Origin: Candidatus Fraserbacteria bacterium
GTDB lineage: Bacteria; Bipolaricaulota; Bipolaricaulia; RBG-16-55-9
Direction of reading: 5' to 3'
Length of the DNA: 64,000 nt
Assembly: GCA_037442925.1 (NCBI GenBank)
Contig: JBBIPG010000002.1
Coordinates: 1-64,000, forward strand
Each line of letters starts with the position of its first letter. The first letter of the stretch is position 1. The position numbers and the translations under genes are program-made. The notes beneath the pieces were generated by a model, which saw nothing but the letters and a program-made list of their open reading frames with translations, had not been told where the DNA came from and did no database searches. Below, piece by piece: positions 1-9,486 of the stretch.

Positions 1-67
1 AGCATGATCGTGCACCTCCGTCCGAGATTGTGGCTCCTCTTCTACTGCGGTGCACAACCATTTTCAT
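1..67 (-). CDS. Possible N-terminus of a CDS running off the window edge (MKMVVHRSRRG...)
   Basis: ATG at 67 follows a purine-rich AAAGAAAGGTAGC just after the cupredoxin stop; frame is open to base 1; too short to identify. Confidence 0.3.
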   Translation of the reverse strand, partial: MKMVVHRSRRGATISDGGARSC

Positions 68-78
68 GCTACCTTTCT

Positions 79-576
79 TTACTTTGTCACGACAATCGTG
101 CCCTTCATGCCAGCCTGGTAGTGGCCGGGCAAGAAACAACCAACCTCAAATTCAACCTGTCCGCCCTTCTCGTCGAGGACCTTGCTGCTGAGAGTAGGCT
201 TTACTTTGAAAGTGACTTGCTTGCCTGCATCTAGATCCATATCGCGGATGCCGACCGTCTCGACCTCGCCGACGCCTTCGATCTCCACATCGAACTGGAA
301 GAGCCGGAACAAGTCACTGCGCAGTTCGTGCGGAATCTGGCCCTTGTTTACCAGGATGACCTCCGTCTCTACGTTGTTCTGTAGGACCAACTTGTCAATC
401 GGCTTGCCATCCTTGTCCAAGAAACTGAAGGTCATCTCACCCTTAGCAGGATCTCCCATGATGATCGTCGGTTTTGCGGCTTCTTGGCCGGATAGAGTGC
501 TCAAGAACCCCCAAGTGCCCAGTAACGCGAGCATCACCACTGTGACTGCTACTGCTATGGACTTCTTATTACTCAT
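79..576 (-). CDS. Exported or membrane-anchored cupredoxin (type-1 copper protein)
   Basis: Hydrophobic N-terminal helix; HEL...CFLPGHYQAGM ligand set; AGGAG at 590-586 favours ATG 576 over 585. Confidence 0.85.
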   Translation of the reverse strand: MSNKKSIAVAVTVVMLALLGTWGFLSTLSGQEAAKPTIIMGDPAKGEMTFSFLDKDGKPIDKLVLQNNVETEVILVNKGQIPHELRSDLFRLFQFDVEIEGVGEVETVGIRDMDLDAGKQVTFKVKPTLSSKVLDEKGGQVEFEVGCFLPGHYQAGMKGTIVVTK

Positions 577-709
577 GTTTGTCATCTCCTTTTCTCAAGT
601 TATGAGTCTCTTGCTTACTCTAACGCTCACACAAATCCGTGGGTAGATGAAAACGTCCCGGATAGCGTGGGCTATTTGTCCCTAGCGGCAAAGTTCACGA
701 TGCTCTAGG

Positions 710-1666
710 ATGGAACCACATGGTTCACTCCATGAGGTGCACATGGTTGCGATACGACAAGCCTGGCAACGCTGGCGAACGTTGAGCATCCGCGAGCAGA
801 TCACATGGACGCGGCGCCTTTTGCCAGTAGGGATCTTCCTCACAGTCACTGTGGTCCAGATCTGGCTCAATCTGGCTCATCCCAGTGAAGGGTCGCGTTG
901 GTTCCATTTGGGGGTTGAAGTCTTGGTGTACGCACTGGTGGGACCTCTGGTCACCTGGTATGTATTGCTCTGGATCGAACGCCAGTTGATGGAGAAAGAA
1001 CGGGTCGAGCGCCGCTTGCGCGAACAAGAGCGGCGCATGCTCCAGATCGCCGATGACGTCCGAGCGCAGATCGCAAGTGACCTGCACGACAGCTTGGGGC
1101 CGAAACTCTTCGCTACAGGGCTTAAAGCAGAAGTCTGTCGCAAGCTCCTTAGGACCGATCCCTGCCAGGTCGAACAGGAGCTAAACGTCATTAATGAGGC
1201 TCTGCAGCAGAGCATCCGCGAGGTACGCCGGGCAGTCTACGCCTTGCGACCACTCGAACTCGAACGCCTGGGTCTATTTCAGACGCTGCGCAAATTGGCA
1301 GCTGATTTCGACGAGGTGAACCAGACTCGGTTGCAGCTCGCGATCAATGGCCAAGAGAGACGCTTACCTACCGAAGTAGAAGTGGGCCTCTTTCACATTG
1401 TGCAGGAAGCCTTGCACAATGTGGGACGACACGCCCAGGCGCAGAACGTATCGATCCAGCTGGACGTGAAGCCACAGCTTCTTTGTATGCGTATCGTTGA
1501 TGACGGACGAGGTTTCGATCCCGCAAAGACGCCCGAAGGTGTAGGGCGGCGCCATATGCGGGAGCGCACCGAAGCGTTAGGCGGGACGTTCTCCCTGCAA
1601 ACGGCACTGGGCCGTGGTGTAGAAATTCTGGCGTGTGTGCCCATTCCTGAGGGAGGACGGCAATGA
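710..1666 (+). CDS. Sensor histidine kinase, NarX/UhpB (HisKA_3) type, two TM helices
   Basis: IASDLHDSLG H-box, QEALHNVGRHA N-box, DDGRGFD G-box. Confidence 0.9.
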   Translation: MEPHGSLHEVHMVAIRQAWQRWRTLSIREQITWTRRLLPVGIFLTVTVVQIWLNLAHPSEGSRWFHLGVEVLVYALVGPLVTWYVLLWIERQLMEKERVERRLREQERRMLQIADDVRAQIASDLHDSLGPKLFATGLKAEVCRKLLRTDPCQVEQELNVINEALQQSIREVRRAVYALRPLELERLGLFQTLRKLAADFDEVNQTRLQLAINGQERRLPTEVEVGLFHIVQEALHNVGRHAQAQNVSIQLDVKPQLLCMRIVDDGRGFDPAKTPEGVGRRHMRERTEALGGTFSLQTALGRGVEILACVPIPEGGRQ

Positions 1667-2337
1667 TTCGCGTTTTGATCGCCGATGACCACAACTTGGT
1701 GCGACAGGCGCTGGCTCAGATGCTACAGACCGAGCCGGACATGACGGTCGTAGAGCAAGCTTCGAACGCCGAAGAGGCCTTTGAACGGTGCCGACTGCTC
1801 GCTCCCGATATCGTGCTGATGGACATCCACATGCCTCATGGCAAAGAAGGGATTGAGGCTACGCGCCGCATCGCTGAGCACTGCCCGCGCACCAAGGTCA
1901 TCATGTTGACCATGGAGCGCCAAGATGAGTACCTTTTTGAGGCCATCAAAGCCGGAGCGAAAGGATATCTCCTCAAGAATGCCAACTCGGGCGAACTTCT
2001 CTCCGCGATCCGTGCCGTGGCTTCCGGCGAAGCCACCCTGAATCCCGCGATAGCCCGTAGGGTGCTCGATGAATTCCGGCGGCTCACCGAGCGTGAGTCG
2101 CAAGAGAGCCCCTATGAGTATCTGACGGAGCGAGAGAAAGATATTCTGAGTCTGTTGGCTCAGGGAGCGAGCAATCACGAGATTGCCCAGCAGCTGGGTC
2201 TTTCAGAAAAGACCGTGCGGAATAGGCTTTCTGTGATCTTCGATAAGCTGCACATCAACAACCGCACACAAGCCGCACTCTATGCCCTCAAGCGAGGACT
2301 GTCGATGCCGGCCAAAGCAGACGAGGACCAGAGCTAG
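1663..2337 (+). CDS. NarL/LuxR-family response regulator
   Basis: IADDH, LMDIHMP receiver domain; LTEREKDIL...KTVRNRLS HTH; ATGA overlap with kinase. Confidence 0.93.
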   Translation: MIRVLIADDHNLVRQALAQMLQTEPDMTVVEQASNAEEAFERCRLLAPDIVLMDIHMPHGKEGIEATRRIAEHCPRTKVIMLTMERQDEYLFEAIKAGAKGYLLKNANSGELLSAIRAVASGEATLNPAIARRVLDEFRRLTERESQESPYEYLTEREKDILSLLAQGASNHEIAQQLGLSEKTVRNRLSVIFDKLHINNRTQAALYALKRGLSMPAKADEDQS

Positions 2338-3080
2338 GATGCCCATTTCCGTGGGGGCCGGGCGAATCTGACCAAGCAATCCTCATCCAGGATGATGAGT
2401 CTTCGGCCTTGCACCATCAAGATTCCCTGGGCGCGCCAACGACTCAGAATCCGGCTGGTGGTCTCCGGTCGCAGGCCGAGAAACTCCGCCAGCTCGATCC
2501 GACTCAGACCCAGATCAATGACACGAGATTGACCTTCGTGGATTCCATACTTACGTCCTAGCTTGAGCAGCGCCCGGGCGAGACGCCCCTCCGCTCCTTC
2601 GTAGACGATTTCGACCAGCGCCATCTGTAACGCTTTGATTTCGCGCGACAGTTTCTCGAGGATCTTCAGGGTTACCGAGTGGTGTCTATGGAGCAGACTC
2701 AAAAAGTCCGCACGCTCGAAGAAGCAGAGTTCCGTCGGTTCCAGGGCTCGTGCATCCACGTTGTACTCGATGTTGGCAAAGAACGCTTCTTCGCCGAGCA
2801 ACTCACCGGGGCCCAGGATCTCCAAGATGTATGTCTTACGCCGGTCGGGCGTCTGGCCCACGAGTTTCACTTTCCCGCTGCAGATGAGATAAATGCCTTC
2901 AGCAGGCATTCCCTCCCGGTAGATGAGCTCTCCCTTCTCGCGGTGGAACCGCTGAGCTGTAGCCAGGAATTCTGCATGCTCTGCTGGTTTCAGTTCGGAA
3001 AACAGCGGGGAGGTACACGTCTCTTTGTCGCTCTTGAGCTCCGGCTTCTTTGCTGTGGTGAGGAAATTCTCTACAGACAT
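2334..3080 (-). CDS. Crp/Fnr-family regulator, DNR/DnrT-like (no Cys cluster)
   Basis: cNMP-type domain (GPGELLGE); HTH LAEFLGLRPETTSRIL with the FNR-type ExxSR recognition helix. Confidence 0.9.
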   Translation of the reverse strand: MSVENFLTTAKKPELKSDKETCTSPLFSELKPAEHAEFLATAQRFHREKGELIYREGMPAEGIYLICSGKVKLVGQTPDRRKTYILEILGPGELLGEEAFFANIEYNVDARALEPTELCFFERADFLSLLHRHHSVTLKILEKLSREIKALQMALVEIVYEGAEGRLARALLKLGRKYGIHEGQSRVIDLGLSRIELAEFLGLRPETTSRILSRWRAQGILMVQGRRLIILDEDCLVRFARPPRKWAS

Positions 3081-3106
3081 GCTTCCTCCTTCACGACGGC
3101 TCGCCG

Positions 3107-3457
3107 CTACCGTGAGCTTTCCTTGAGGTACTGCTGCAAGTGGCCCTCTGCCTCCGGGGGAACCCTCATGGGCGTTTCTAACTCTTCCAAGTCCCGCAAG
3201 ATCGACTCGAGCGAGGCTTCCACGACCCGGGCCGAGGCTTCCAGAGGAAGATGTAGGCGAATGAATTCATCGAAGAGATCGAGTGCCAAGAGTTGAAGAT
3301 GGTGAGTTGCCAACGCCTTCTTCAATGCCGGTACCATCTTCTGGCGTGTGCCCATAGGGTGCCTCTCGTTTAATGCGTACACGATCTCAAGAGAAGCCCC
3401 ATCGGGTCCAACGCCCACGCGACATCGCTCTCGCACGAGATGATATTTGAGGGCCAT
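3107..3457 (-). CDS. Hypothetical protein (MALKYHLVRERC...)
   Basis: AAAGGGAG RBS before ATG 3457; packed between the upstream small ORF and the Crp gene. Confidence 0.65.
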   Translation of the reverse strand: MALKYHLVRERCRVGVGPDGASLEIVYALNERHPMGTRQKMVPALKKALATHHLQLLALDLFDEFIRLHLPLEASARVVEASLESILRDLEELETPMRVPPEAEGHLQQYLKESSR

Positions 3458-3459
3458 AT

Positions 3460-3753
3460 CTACTCCCTTTCCAGCGAGGGATCGGCTAGCGTCACCAATC
3501 CCCACGCCGCCGCCTGGCTTGACCAGGGCTTGACGCGCCCCTCCTCGCTTGGTCGGCAGAGTGAGCTGGTCCCACAGGCCGGTGAGGCGTACATATCTTC
3601 ATTCACGACGCGCTTTAGAGCTCGTAGAAGCTTCTCGCGAGTCTCCTGCGATACCTGGCTTCCTTCGCGTTGCAGTTCCTTGAGCACCGCTTGATGAAGA
3701 TGATTCAGGAAATCTTCGATCGATACCTGCTCCCACAGCCGGAAGCCTGCCAT
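3460..3753 (-). CDS. Hypothetical protein with C-x5-C motif
   Basis: GAGGAG RBS; first gene behind an FNR-box promoter. Confidence 0.65.
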   Translation of the reverse strand: MAGFRLWEQVSIEDFLNHLHQAVLKELQREGSQVSQETREKLLRALKRVVNEDMYASPACGTSSLCRPSEEGRVKPWSSQAAAWGLVTLADPSLERE

Positions 3754-3812
3754 GGCACATCACTCCTCTTGTTGAGGCGCTTGCTGTATACCTCTCATTC
3801 TATACCACAATG

Positions 3813-3876
3813 AGAATAAGATGTAACGATTCTGTATGTTATGATGATCATCATGTCCAGAGGTGATGTTCATCAG
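3813..3876 (-). promoter_or_regulatory. FNR/DNR-type promoter: boxes ATGAT-GATC-ATCAT (3841-3854) and GTGAT-GTTC-ATCAG (3863-3876), -10 TATTCT (3818-3813)
   Basis: Palindromes matching TTGAT-N4-ATCAA; proximal box centred about -41.5 from the inferred start. Confidence 0.7.
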
Positions 3877-3884
3877 CGAAAGAG

Positions 3885-5375
3885 CTACTTTCTCACTCCT
3901 TCTTGAAAGATGGCTGGGTTTGGCGATCCTCCCACAATGAGGAACCCGACCAAGCCTCGCTCGAGACGCGTCAGAGCGTGATCGACCAAGATGTAACGCC
4001 CAGGCACCTCCAGCTTGAACTCGACGACGGCTGCTCCGCCCGCAGGCACCACTGTCGTCTGAACATCCGTGAGAGGAGCGGCTGTGAGTGCTGCTTGATC
4101 AAAGACCTTATCAAAGATCTCTCCGATCACGTGGAACGAAGAAGTATAGTTCGGGCCGCCGACGCCGAAGAAGATCCTGACCGTCTCTCCCACCTTCGCT
4201 GACAGCGGATGTGTCTTGCTCAGTCCGCCTACGGCCCCATTAAAGACGAAATACTCTGGACTCTCAGCAAGGAGTTTCTCCACGCTGAACTCCTGGTGTC
4301 CTTGCTGTCCGAAAGGCGCTTGCGTATAGATTTCGCCTTGCATCACGTAGAACTCGCGATCGACACGGGGCAGCCCCCCTTCTGGCTCGACCAGAATCAG
4401 GCCGTACATGCCGCTCGCGATGTGTTCGGCCACCATGGGCGTCGCACAATGATACACGTAGAGACCCGGATTGATTGCCTTGAAAGTGAAGACTCTTTCT
4501 TCACCGGGGGGAACTTGCATGACCGCCGCGCCCCCACCGGGTCCGGTCACGGCGTGCAGGTCAATCGAGTGGATCATGCGGCTGTCGGCCCGATTCTTAA
4601 GATGCAGTTCCACGGTGTCCCCTACGCGCACGCGGAGGAAGGGGCCAGGCACTTTGCCGTTGTATGTCCAGTACGTGTAGGTAGCACCATCAGCCAACTG
4701 CCCGTCTATCTCCACCGTCTCGAGATCCACGCGCAAGAACTGTGGTCCACGACTGCCGATGGGCCCAGGTAACTCCGTGGGGTCACGGACGATGTCTACA
4801 CCTGCAGGAGTCGCAGCAGCCACAGCCTCGCCGACGACGATCTTCCCTTCCATGCCGGCCTGACGATGCCCCGGCACGGTGCAGAAATAGAAGAATTCGC
4901 CCTTCTTGTCCGCACGGAAGACGATCGTGCTGCTCGCTCCCTTGCCCACGATCTGATCTGACGTGGCACTGAAGTCTGGAAAGGAAATGTCGTGCAGGGC
5001 GCCATCCCCGTTGATCAGCGTCACTTGTACTACAGTATCCAACTTGACCTGCAAGGTGGGATTGACCATCCCCTCAATGGTGCCTCCCACGCCCACGAAG
5101 GCAAACTTGCCCTCTGCGATGGCCGTCCTTAGGGTGAACGTCACATCCGGTGTATAGGTGACCTGGCCCTTCTCTTGGGAAGTGGATGTTGTGCTCGCTG
5201 TACTTGTGGTGGGCGTAGAGGCGACAGCGGACGGTATGGGCTGCTTGCTTGAAGTTGAGGAACTCGCCTGCTGTGATGGCTGAGTGTTCCCTGAACAACC
5301 TATGAGCAATACGATGAGGAAGATTCCTAGCATCATGACAGCAAGACGGCGCGACAAGTCCTGTGTATTCATCAT
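3885..5375 (-). CDS. nirK: Copper nitrite reductase with an extra N-terminal cupredoxin domain, lipoprotein
   Basis: HSIDLHAV, YHCATPMVAEHIASGMYG, SFHVIGEIFD, LVDHAL core motifs; extra HDISF...CTVPGHRQAGM domain; LLIGC lipobox and Ser/Thr linker. Confidence 0.93.
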   Translation of the reverse strand: MMNTQDLSRRLAVMMLGIFLIVLLIGCSGNTQPSQQASSSTSSKQPIPSAVASTPTTSTASTTSTSQEKGQVTYTPDVTFTLRTAIAEGKFAFVGVGGTIEGMVNPTLQVKLDTVVQVTLINGDGALHDISFPDFSATSDQIVGKGASSTIVFRADKKGEFFYFCTVPGHRQAGMEGKIVVGEAVAAATPAGVDIVRDPTELPGPIGSRGPQFLRVDLETVEIDGQLADGATYTYWTYNGKVPGPFLRVRVGDTVELHLKNRADSRMIHSIDLHAVTGPGGGAAVMQVPPGEERVFTFKAINPGLYVYHCATPMVAEHIASGMYGLILVEPEGGLPRVDREFYVMQGEIYTQAPFGQQGHQEFSVEKLLAESPEYFVFNGAVGGLSKTHPLSAKVGETVRIFFGVGGPNYTSSFHVIGEIFDKVFDQAALTAAPLTDVQTTVVPAGGAAVVEFKLEVPGRYILVDHALTRLERGLVGFLIVGGSPNPAIFQEGVRK

Positions 5376-5439
5376 GTCATGCGCTCCTTATTTGTCTCAG
5401 TATTCTCGGGTGACTCCAAACGCATTGTGAGTCGCGGGC

Positions 5440-5503
5440 ATTTTAAGACCTGCACATCTTGTATACAATGATTCGCATCATTAGGCTGGCTGATCTACAT
5501 CAG
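5440..5503 (-). promoter_or_regulatory. nirK promoter: boxes ATGAT-TCGC-ATCAT (5468-5481) and CTGAT-CTAC-ATCAG (5490-5503), -10 TAAAAT (5445-5440)
   Basis: Class II FNR geometry (box centre about -41.5); second box 22 bp upstream. Confidence 0.78.
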
Positions 5504-5523
5504 GGGCTGCAAGCGTGCCCCTG

Positions 5524-6936
5524 CTACCCCTTCGGGGTGGTCGTTCTCCCTCTGGCATCCCACCACGTTCCCCACCTGGCGCCGAAGTCCCAGCGCTCCT
5601 TGCCGGGCCGTGTGTAGAACCAGAAGTTGATGGCCGAGGCCACGACCCAGAAGGCGATGGCGCCCCAGAAGAAGGGCACCGCAGAGCCTATGGTAGCAAT
5701 GGATGTGCCAATGAGACCGGAGAAGATGAAGGGTCCGTAGGCCGCAATGGCCGCCGAGAATCCGATGACACCCGCGCCCTGCCGGGGCGAGTGGGCGAAG
5801 ATAATGGGGAACTGCCTGAAGGTGGAGGCGTTGCCCATGCCGGAGAAGAAGAAGAGGAGCAGCATGAGCACCACAAAGACCGGGAACTGATCCAGCGAGG
5901 TCGGCGCGAGATATCCGCCGATGATGAGCAACAAGCTACAGATGATGAGCCCGGCGCCCGCGAGCTGGGTGAAGATGCTCCCACCCCAGCGGTCGCTGGG
6001 CCAGCCCATGACAACCCGGGTCAAGGACCCCACAAGAGGGCCCAGGAAGGCGTAGGTGAGGGGATCGGGCGCGTTGGGGAAGTCGCCGTAGAGGGCCCGT
6101 ATCATCATCGGAAACGCTGCCGACAGCCCAGAGAAGGAGCCAAAGGTCATGATGTAGGTGATGGTGCAGAAGTAGGTATGCCTATCCTTGAAGATGTCCA
6201 GTTGCTCCCGCAAGGTTGCCCGCACCGGGACGCTGCGCAGGAAGACCCAAGCGATGATTCCTAACGCCAGTAGGAAAGGCACGAACCAGAAAGCAGCGTT
6301 CTGGAGCCAGATGTCGGTCGCGGGGCGGCCTGCCCGCTGGTAGACCTGGGAGCCGCCCAGAAGGCCCCCGAAGAGGGCGAAGCCGATGATCCAGGGTGCC
6401 ACGAACTGGGTCAGGCTGACACCAAAGTTGCCGATCCCGGCCTGAATGCCCAGGGCAGTCCCCTGGAGTCTCCGGGGAAAGAAGAGGCTAGTGCTAGGCA
6501 TATAGGAGGAGAAGTCTCCACCCCCGAGGCCCAAGCTGAGGGCCAGGACCATGAAGACCCAGAAGGGGGTTGTCGGGTTCATGACGGCCAGGCCCAGTCC
6601 CACGCAGGGGAAGATCTTCAAAAGGGTCGCCACGGCGATGACATGCCGGGTGCCGAATAGAGGAATGAGGAACGTGTGGATGATGCGAAGCGTGCCCCCC
6701 GCCAGACCCGGCATGGCCCCCAGCCAGAAGAGTTGCAAGGTGGTGAACTGGAACCCTACCTGCGGCAGGCGCACCACCACGGCGCTCATCACGAACCACG
6801 TGGCAAAGGAGAAGATGAGGCTGAGGGTAGTGATGGTGAGCGTCGTGAAGGCAATCCGGCGGCCGGTTTCCCGCCAGAATGCAGCGTCTTCCGGCTGCCA
6901 CACCGTGAGCCACGTGGATGGTCTGCTCATGCTCAT
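5524..6936 (-). CDS. narK: Nitrate/nitrite MFS transporter, NarK2 type
   Basis: WQPEDAAFW...GRRIA N-terminus, GIQAGIGNFGVS, GMGNASTFRQ. Confidence 0.9.
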   Translation of the reverse strand: MSMSRPSTWLTVWQPEDAAFWRETGRRIAFTTLTITTLSLIFSFATWFVMSAVVVRLPQVGFQFTTLQLFWLGAMPGLAGGTLRIIHTFLIPLFGTRHVIAVATLLKIFPCVGLGLAVMNPTTPFWVFMVLALSLGLGGGDFSSYMPSTSLFFPRRLQGTALGIQAGIGNFGVSLTQFVAPWIIGFALFGGLLGGSQVYQRAGRPATDIWLQNAAFWFVPFLLALGIIAWVFLRSVPVRATLREQLDIFKDRHTYFCTITYIMTFGSFSGLSAAFPMMIRALYGDFPNAPDPLTYAFLGPLVGSLTRVVMGWPSDRWGGSIFTQLAGAGLIICSLLLIIGGYLAPTSLDQFPVFVVLMLLLFFFSGMGNASTFRQFPIIFAHSPRQGAGVIGFSAAIAAYGPFIFSGLIGTSIATIGSAVPFFWGAIAFWVVASAINFWFYTRPGKERWDFGARWGTWWDARGRTTTPKG

Positions 6937-8192
6937 GGTACGGGTACCCGAGAAGCCTCTGCGCAGCCGGTAAACAAACGCCCTTCCTCCTCCGCTCTCC
7001 TATCCCTCCTAGCAGCTAGGAGCTGCCAGGCGGAGCAAGAGACGGAGACGAACAGTAGGACCATCCACGTCGTCTCCGGTATGCCGGTAGCCGTTAGAGC
7101 GTAGGCCCAGATGGGCGGGAAGATAAAGCCCCCGAATGCGCCAATCTGTCCCACTAGGCCTCCCACGGCACCCACGTCCCTGGGGAAGAAATCATATACG
7201 TAGCGGTAGACAGAGGCCTTCCCCGCCCCCATCCCGCACCCGAAGATGAAGACAATGCCTGCGAATACATACGGCGACCTTATAAGACCTGGGATGGAAA
7301 CCACGATGCCTGTCGCTATCATGATGAGTAGGAACGTGTTGGTGGCACGGCGTGCCCCCCATAGGTCCGATAACCAACCGCCCACCGGGCGCATCAGGCT
7401 GGCGGGAAAGATAAAGCTCGCCGTGAGCAACGCCGCCGTTGCCAGACCCACTCCGAAGGTGTCTACGTAGTATTTCGGCAGCCAAAGGGAGAGGGCAACA
7501 TAGGCACCGAACACAATGTTATAGTAATAGGAGAATCGCCAGGCGGCTATCGAGCGAAGGGGTCGATGCATATCGATAAAGCTTCGCGTGGCTGCCGGTT
7601 TCCGGTCAGGGGTGGGGGCTCGAATCCACAGTGTAAGGGCCATGACGACCAGCATCACGGCATACAGCATGGGAATAAACCGCCACCCACCCGGCAGCAA
7701 ACCTGCGATATTGCCCGCTGGCATGAGCGCGATCACAGGAGGGGCTATGAACTTGGTCAACGAAGCCCCCACGTTACCCGCCCCGAAGAAGCCCAGGGAA
7801 AACCCCTGGCGCTCCTTTGGGAACCAAGCAGAGTTCCAGGCTATACCCACGACGAAAGTGTTGCCGGCAAGGCCCGTCCAAACCGCCAAGCCTACCAGTT
7901 GCTCGTAGGTCTGGGCATAACTGACTATGATCGCACTCGGCGCGACTATCAGGAGTAGCGCCGTGAGAACGACCCGTCCTCCATATTTGTCGCTCAGCAG
8001 ACCTATGGGCCCCCTGGGCAGCGCGCCGCCCAGGGCGCTGGCTGCCAGAAGCCATGCAAGTTGGGTGTCACTCAGTCCCAGCTCCTTACGAATGGGTATC
8101 CCCATAACTCCATACATCATCCAGACTGCAAATGCTATCGTGAATCCGGTAAAGGAGAGAGCCAGGACTCTGTTCTCTGGACGGCTAAACAT
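6933..8192 (-). CDS. narK: Nitrate/nitrite MFS transporter, NarK1 type
   Basis: FAVWMMYG, LGFFGAGNVGAS, GMGAGKASVYR, GAVGGLVG motifs. Confidence 0.9.
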   Translation of the reverse strand: MFSRPENRVLALSFTGFTIAFAVWMMYGVMGIPIRKELGLSDTQLAWLLAASALGGALPRGPIGLLSDKYGGRVVLTALLLIVAPSAIIVSYAQTYEQLVGLAVWTGLAGNTFVVGIAWNSAWFPKERQGFSLGFFGAGNVGASLTKFIAPPVIALMPAGNIAGLLPGGWRFIPMLYAVMLVVMALTLWIRAPTPDRKPAATRSFIDMHRPLRSIAAWRFSYYYNIVFGAYVALSLWLPKYYVDTFGVGLATAALLTASFIFPASLMRPVGGWLSDLWGARRATNTFLLIMIATGIVVSIPGLIRSPYVFAGIVFIFGCGMGAGKASVYRYVYDFFPRDVGAVGGLVGQIGAFGGFIFPPIWAYALTATGIPETTWMVLLFVSVSCSAWQLLAARRDRRAEEEGRLFTGCAEASRVPVP

Positions 8193-8201
8193 GGACGTGA
8201 A

Positions 8202-8900
8202 CTACCTCTTCAGCCCCACATACCTTCTCATGGAGATGTAGGGCCGGTTGATGTACGCAAAGGGATAACTGAAGACATGCACCAGTTTGGTAAAGGGCAA
8301 GTAGGCCAAGAAGATGAGGGCCACAATCATGTGCAGCTTAACGATGAAGGGGGCTCCTGCAATCAACCCGGCATTAGGCTGTAAAGTGAATAGGCTTGCA
8401 AACCAGGGGCCCACGGCATACGAGACGCCCCAGGCCAATTGGACGGTCGAGTGGTACATGCCGAGCCCGGCGATGACCATCAAGAAGAGAAGCACGATAT
8501 AATCTTCCCGGGTGCTCATCGCGCGCAGCTGGCGTGAGACGAGTCGGCGCACGAACGCCCACGATGCGCCGTACAAGAGCAGCATACCCCCAAGCATTCC
8601 AGCCCATCTAAAAAAGTCGACCCATGAGGACCAACCTCTCGCGCCTCCGATAAACCCCAATAGGTGAGTCACAATCACAATGACGAGTCCCCAGTGCAAG
8701 CTGAGCACCGCAGGCCCAATGGAGGCACGCCCGAAAAAGCCTGTCGACCGCGTCGTCCAGAGAAGGTCCCCCCGCGCACTCCAGTCCAACCTACCCCTGA
8801 ACGCGGTCTTGATGCCGGTAAAGGCTCGATAGATCGAGCCTCCGATGAACAGCAGCAAGGCGATATACGGCAGGGCGACGAAGAAGAAGTTGTCAACCAT
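8202..8900 (-). CDS. narI: Respiratory nitrate reductase gamma subunit (cytochrome b)
   Basis: Several TM helices, His heme ligands, LPFTKLVHVFSYP motif; operon position. Confidence 0.9.
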   Translation of the reverse strand: MVDNFFFVALPYIALLLFIGGSIYRAFTGIKTAFRGRLDWSARGDLLWTTRSTGFFGRASIGPAVLSLHWGLVIVIVTHLLGFIGGARGWSSWVDFFRWAGMLGGMLLLYGASWAFVRRLVSRQLRAMSTREDYIVLLFLMVIAGLGMYHSTVQLAWGVSYAVGPWFASLFTLQPNAGLIAGAPFIVKLHMIVALIFLAYLPFTKLVHVFSYPFAYINRPYISMRRYVGLKR

Positions 8901-9486
8901 GGCTTACCCCCTTCGTTCCAGCTCCCAAGTCCAACTTCAACACCCGCTCCAGTGCCTCCAGAAGATCAAGATATGGGGTCTTCAATTTCTCCAGCCGATA
9001 GCGGATGGGTGGCAAAAAGGGAAGGATATACTCGTCAATGAGTCTCTGCCGGATAGGGTCTTCCAACTCGGCCGTTAAAGAAAGAAACTCCACCATCAAC
9101 GGCAGGTAATCCGGCAACTCTTTCCCGTTCGGCGTCAACCCTAGATGCCTGTAAACACCGAGCAGCTCAATCATATACCCATTTCTGTCGGAAACGGCGG
9201 CCTGGGCACAGGTTCTGGGCTCCTCAAAGACGTGACTCCCCAGATAAAGAGGGCATTGGGGGTCCAGCTCGAAGAGCTCCACGTACTCCTCCTCGGATAT
9301 GCGGTTTTTCAAGAATCGGGAGAGCAAGGCAGCAGCCTCTTTGTCCATGCCGTTCAACTCTGTGATCGCTTCTTCTGCGCCCCTCTTTACGTCTTCCATA
9401 TCGACATCCTGTGGGCTGCACCACAGCTCCGCCATAACAGCATAAACATCCCGCAACGCTTGCTTAGAACCTTGAACTTTATTCAT
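8893..9486 (-). CDS. narJ: Nitrate reductase molybdenum-cofactor chaperone
   Basis: YVELFE...CPLYL and ELPDYLPLMVEF motifs. Confidence 0.88.
   Translation of the reverse strand: MNKVQGSKQALRDVYAVMAELWCSPQDVDMEDVKRGAEEAITELNGMDKEAAALLSRFLKNRISEEEYVELFELDPQCPLYLGSHVFEEPRTCAQAAVSDRNGYMIELLGVYRHLGLTPNGKELPDYLPLMVEFLSLTAELEDPIRQRLIDEYILPFLPPIRYRLEKLKTPYLDLLEALERVLKLDLGAGTKGVSHG

Noticed and set aside
5515..6264. 249-aa plus-strand ORF, and similar long antisense ORFs (11846-12556, 18337-19122, 24256-25107, 32748-33551)
   Set aside because: Shadows of well-supported genes on the opposite strand in GC-rich DNA; no recognisable motifs.
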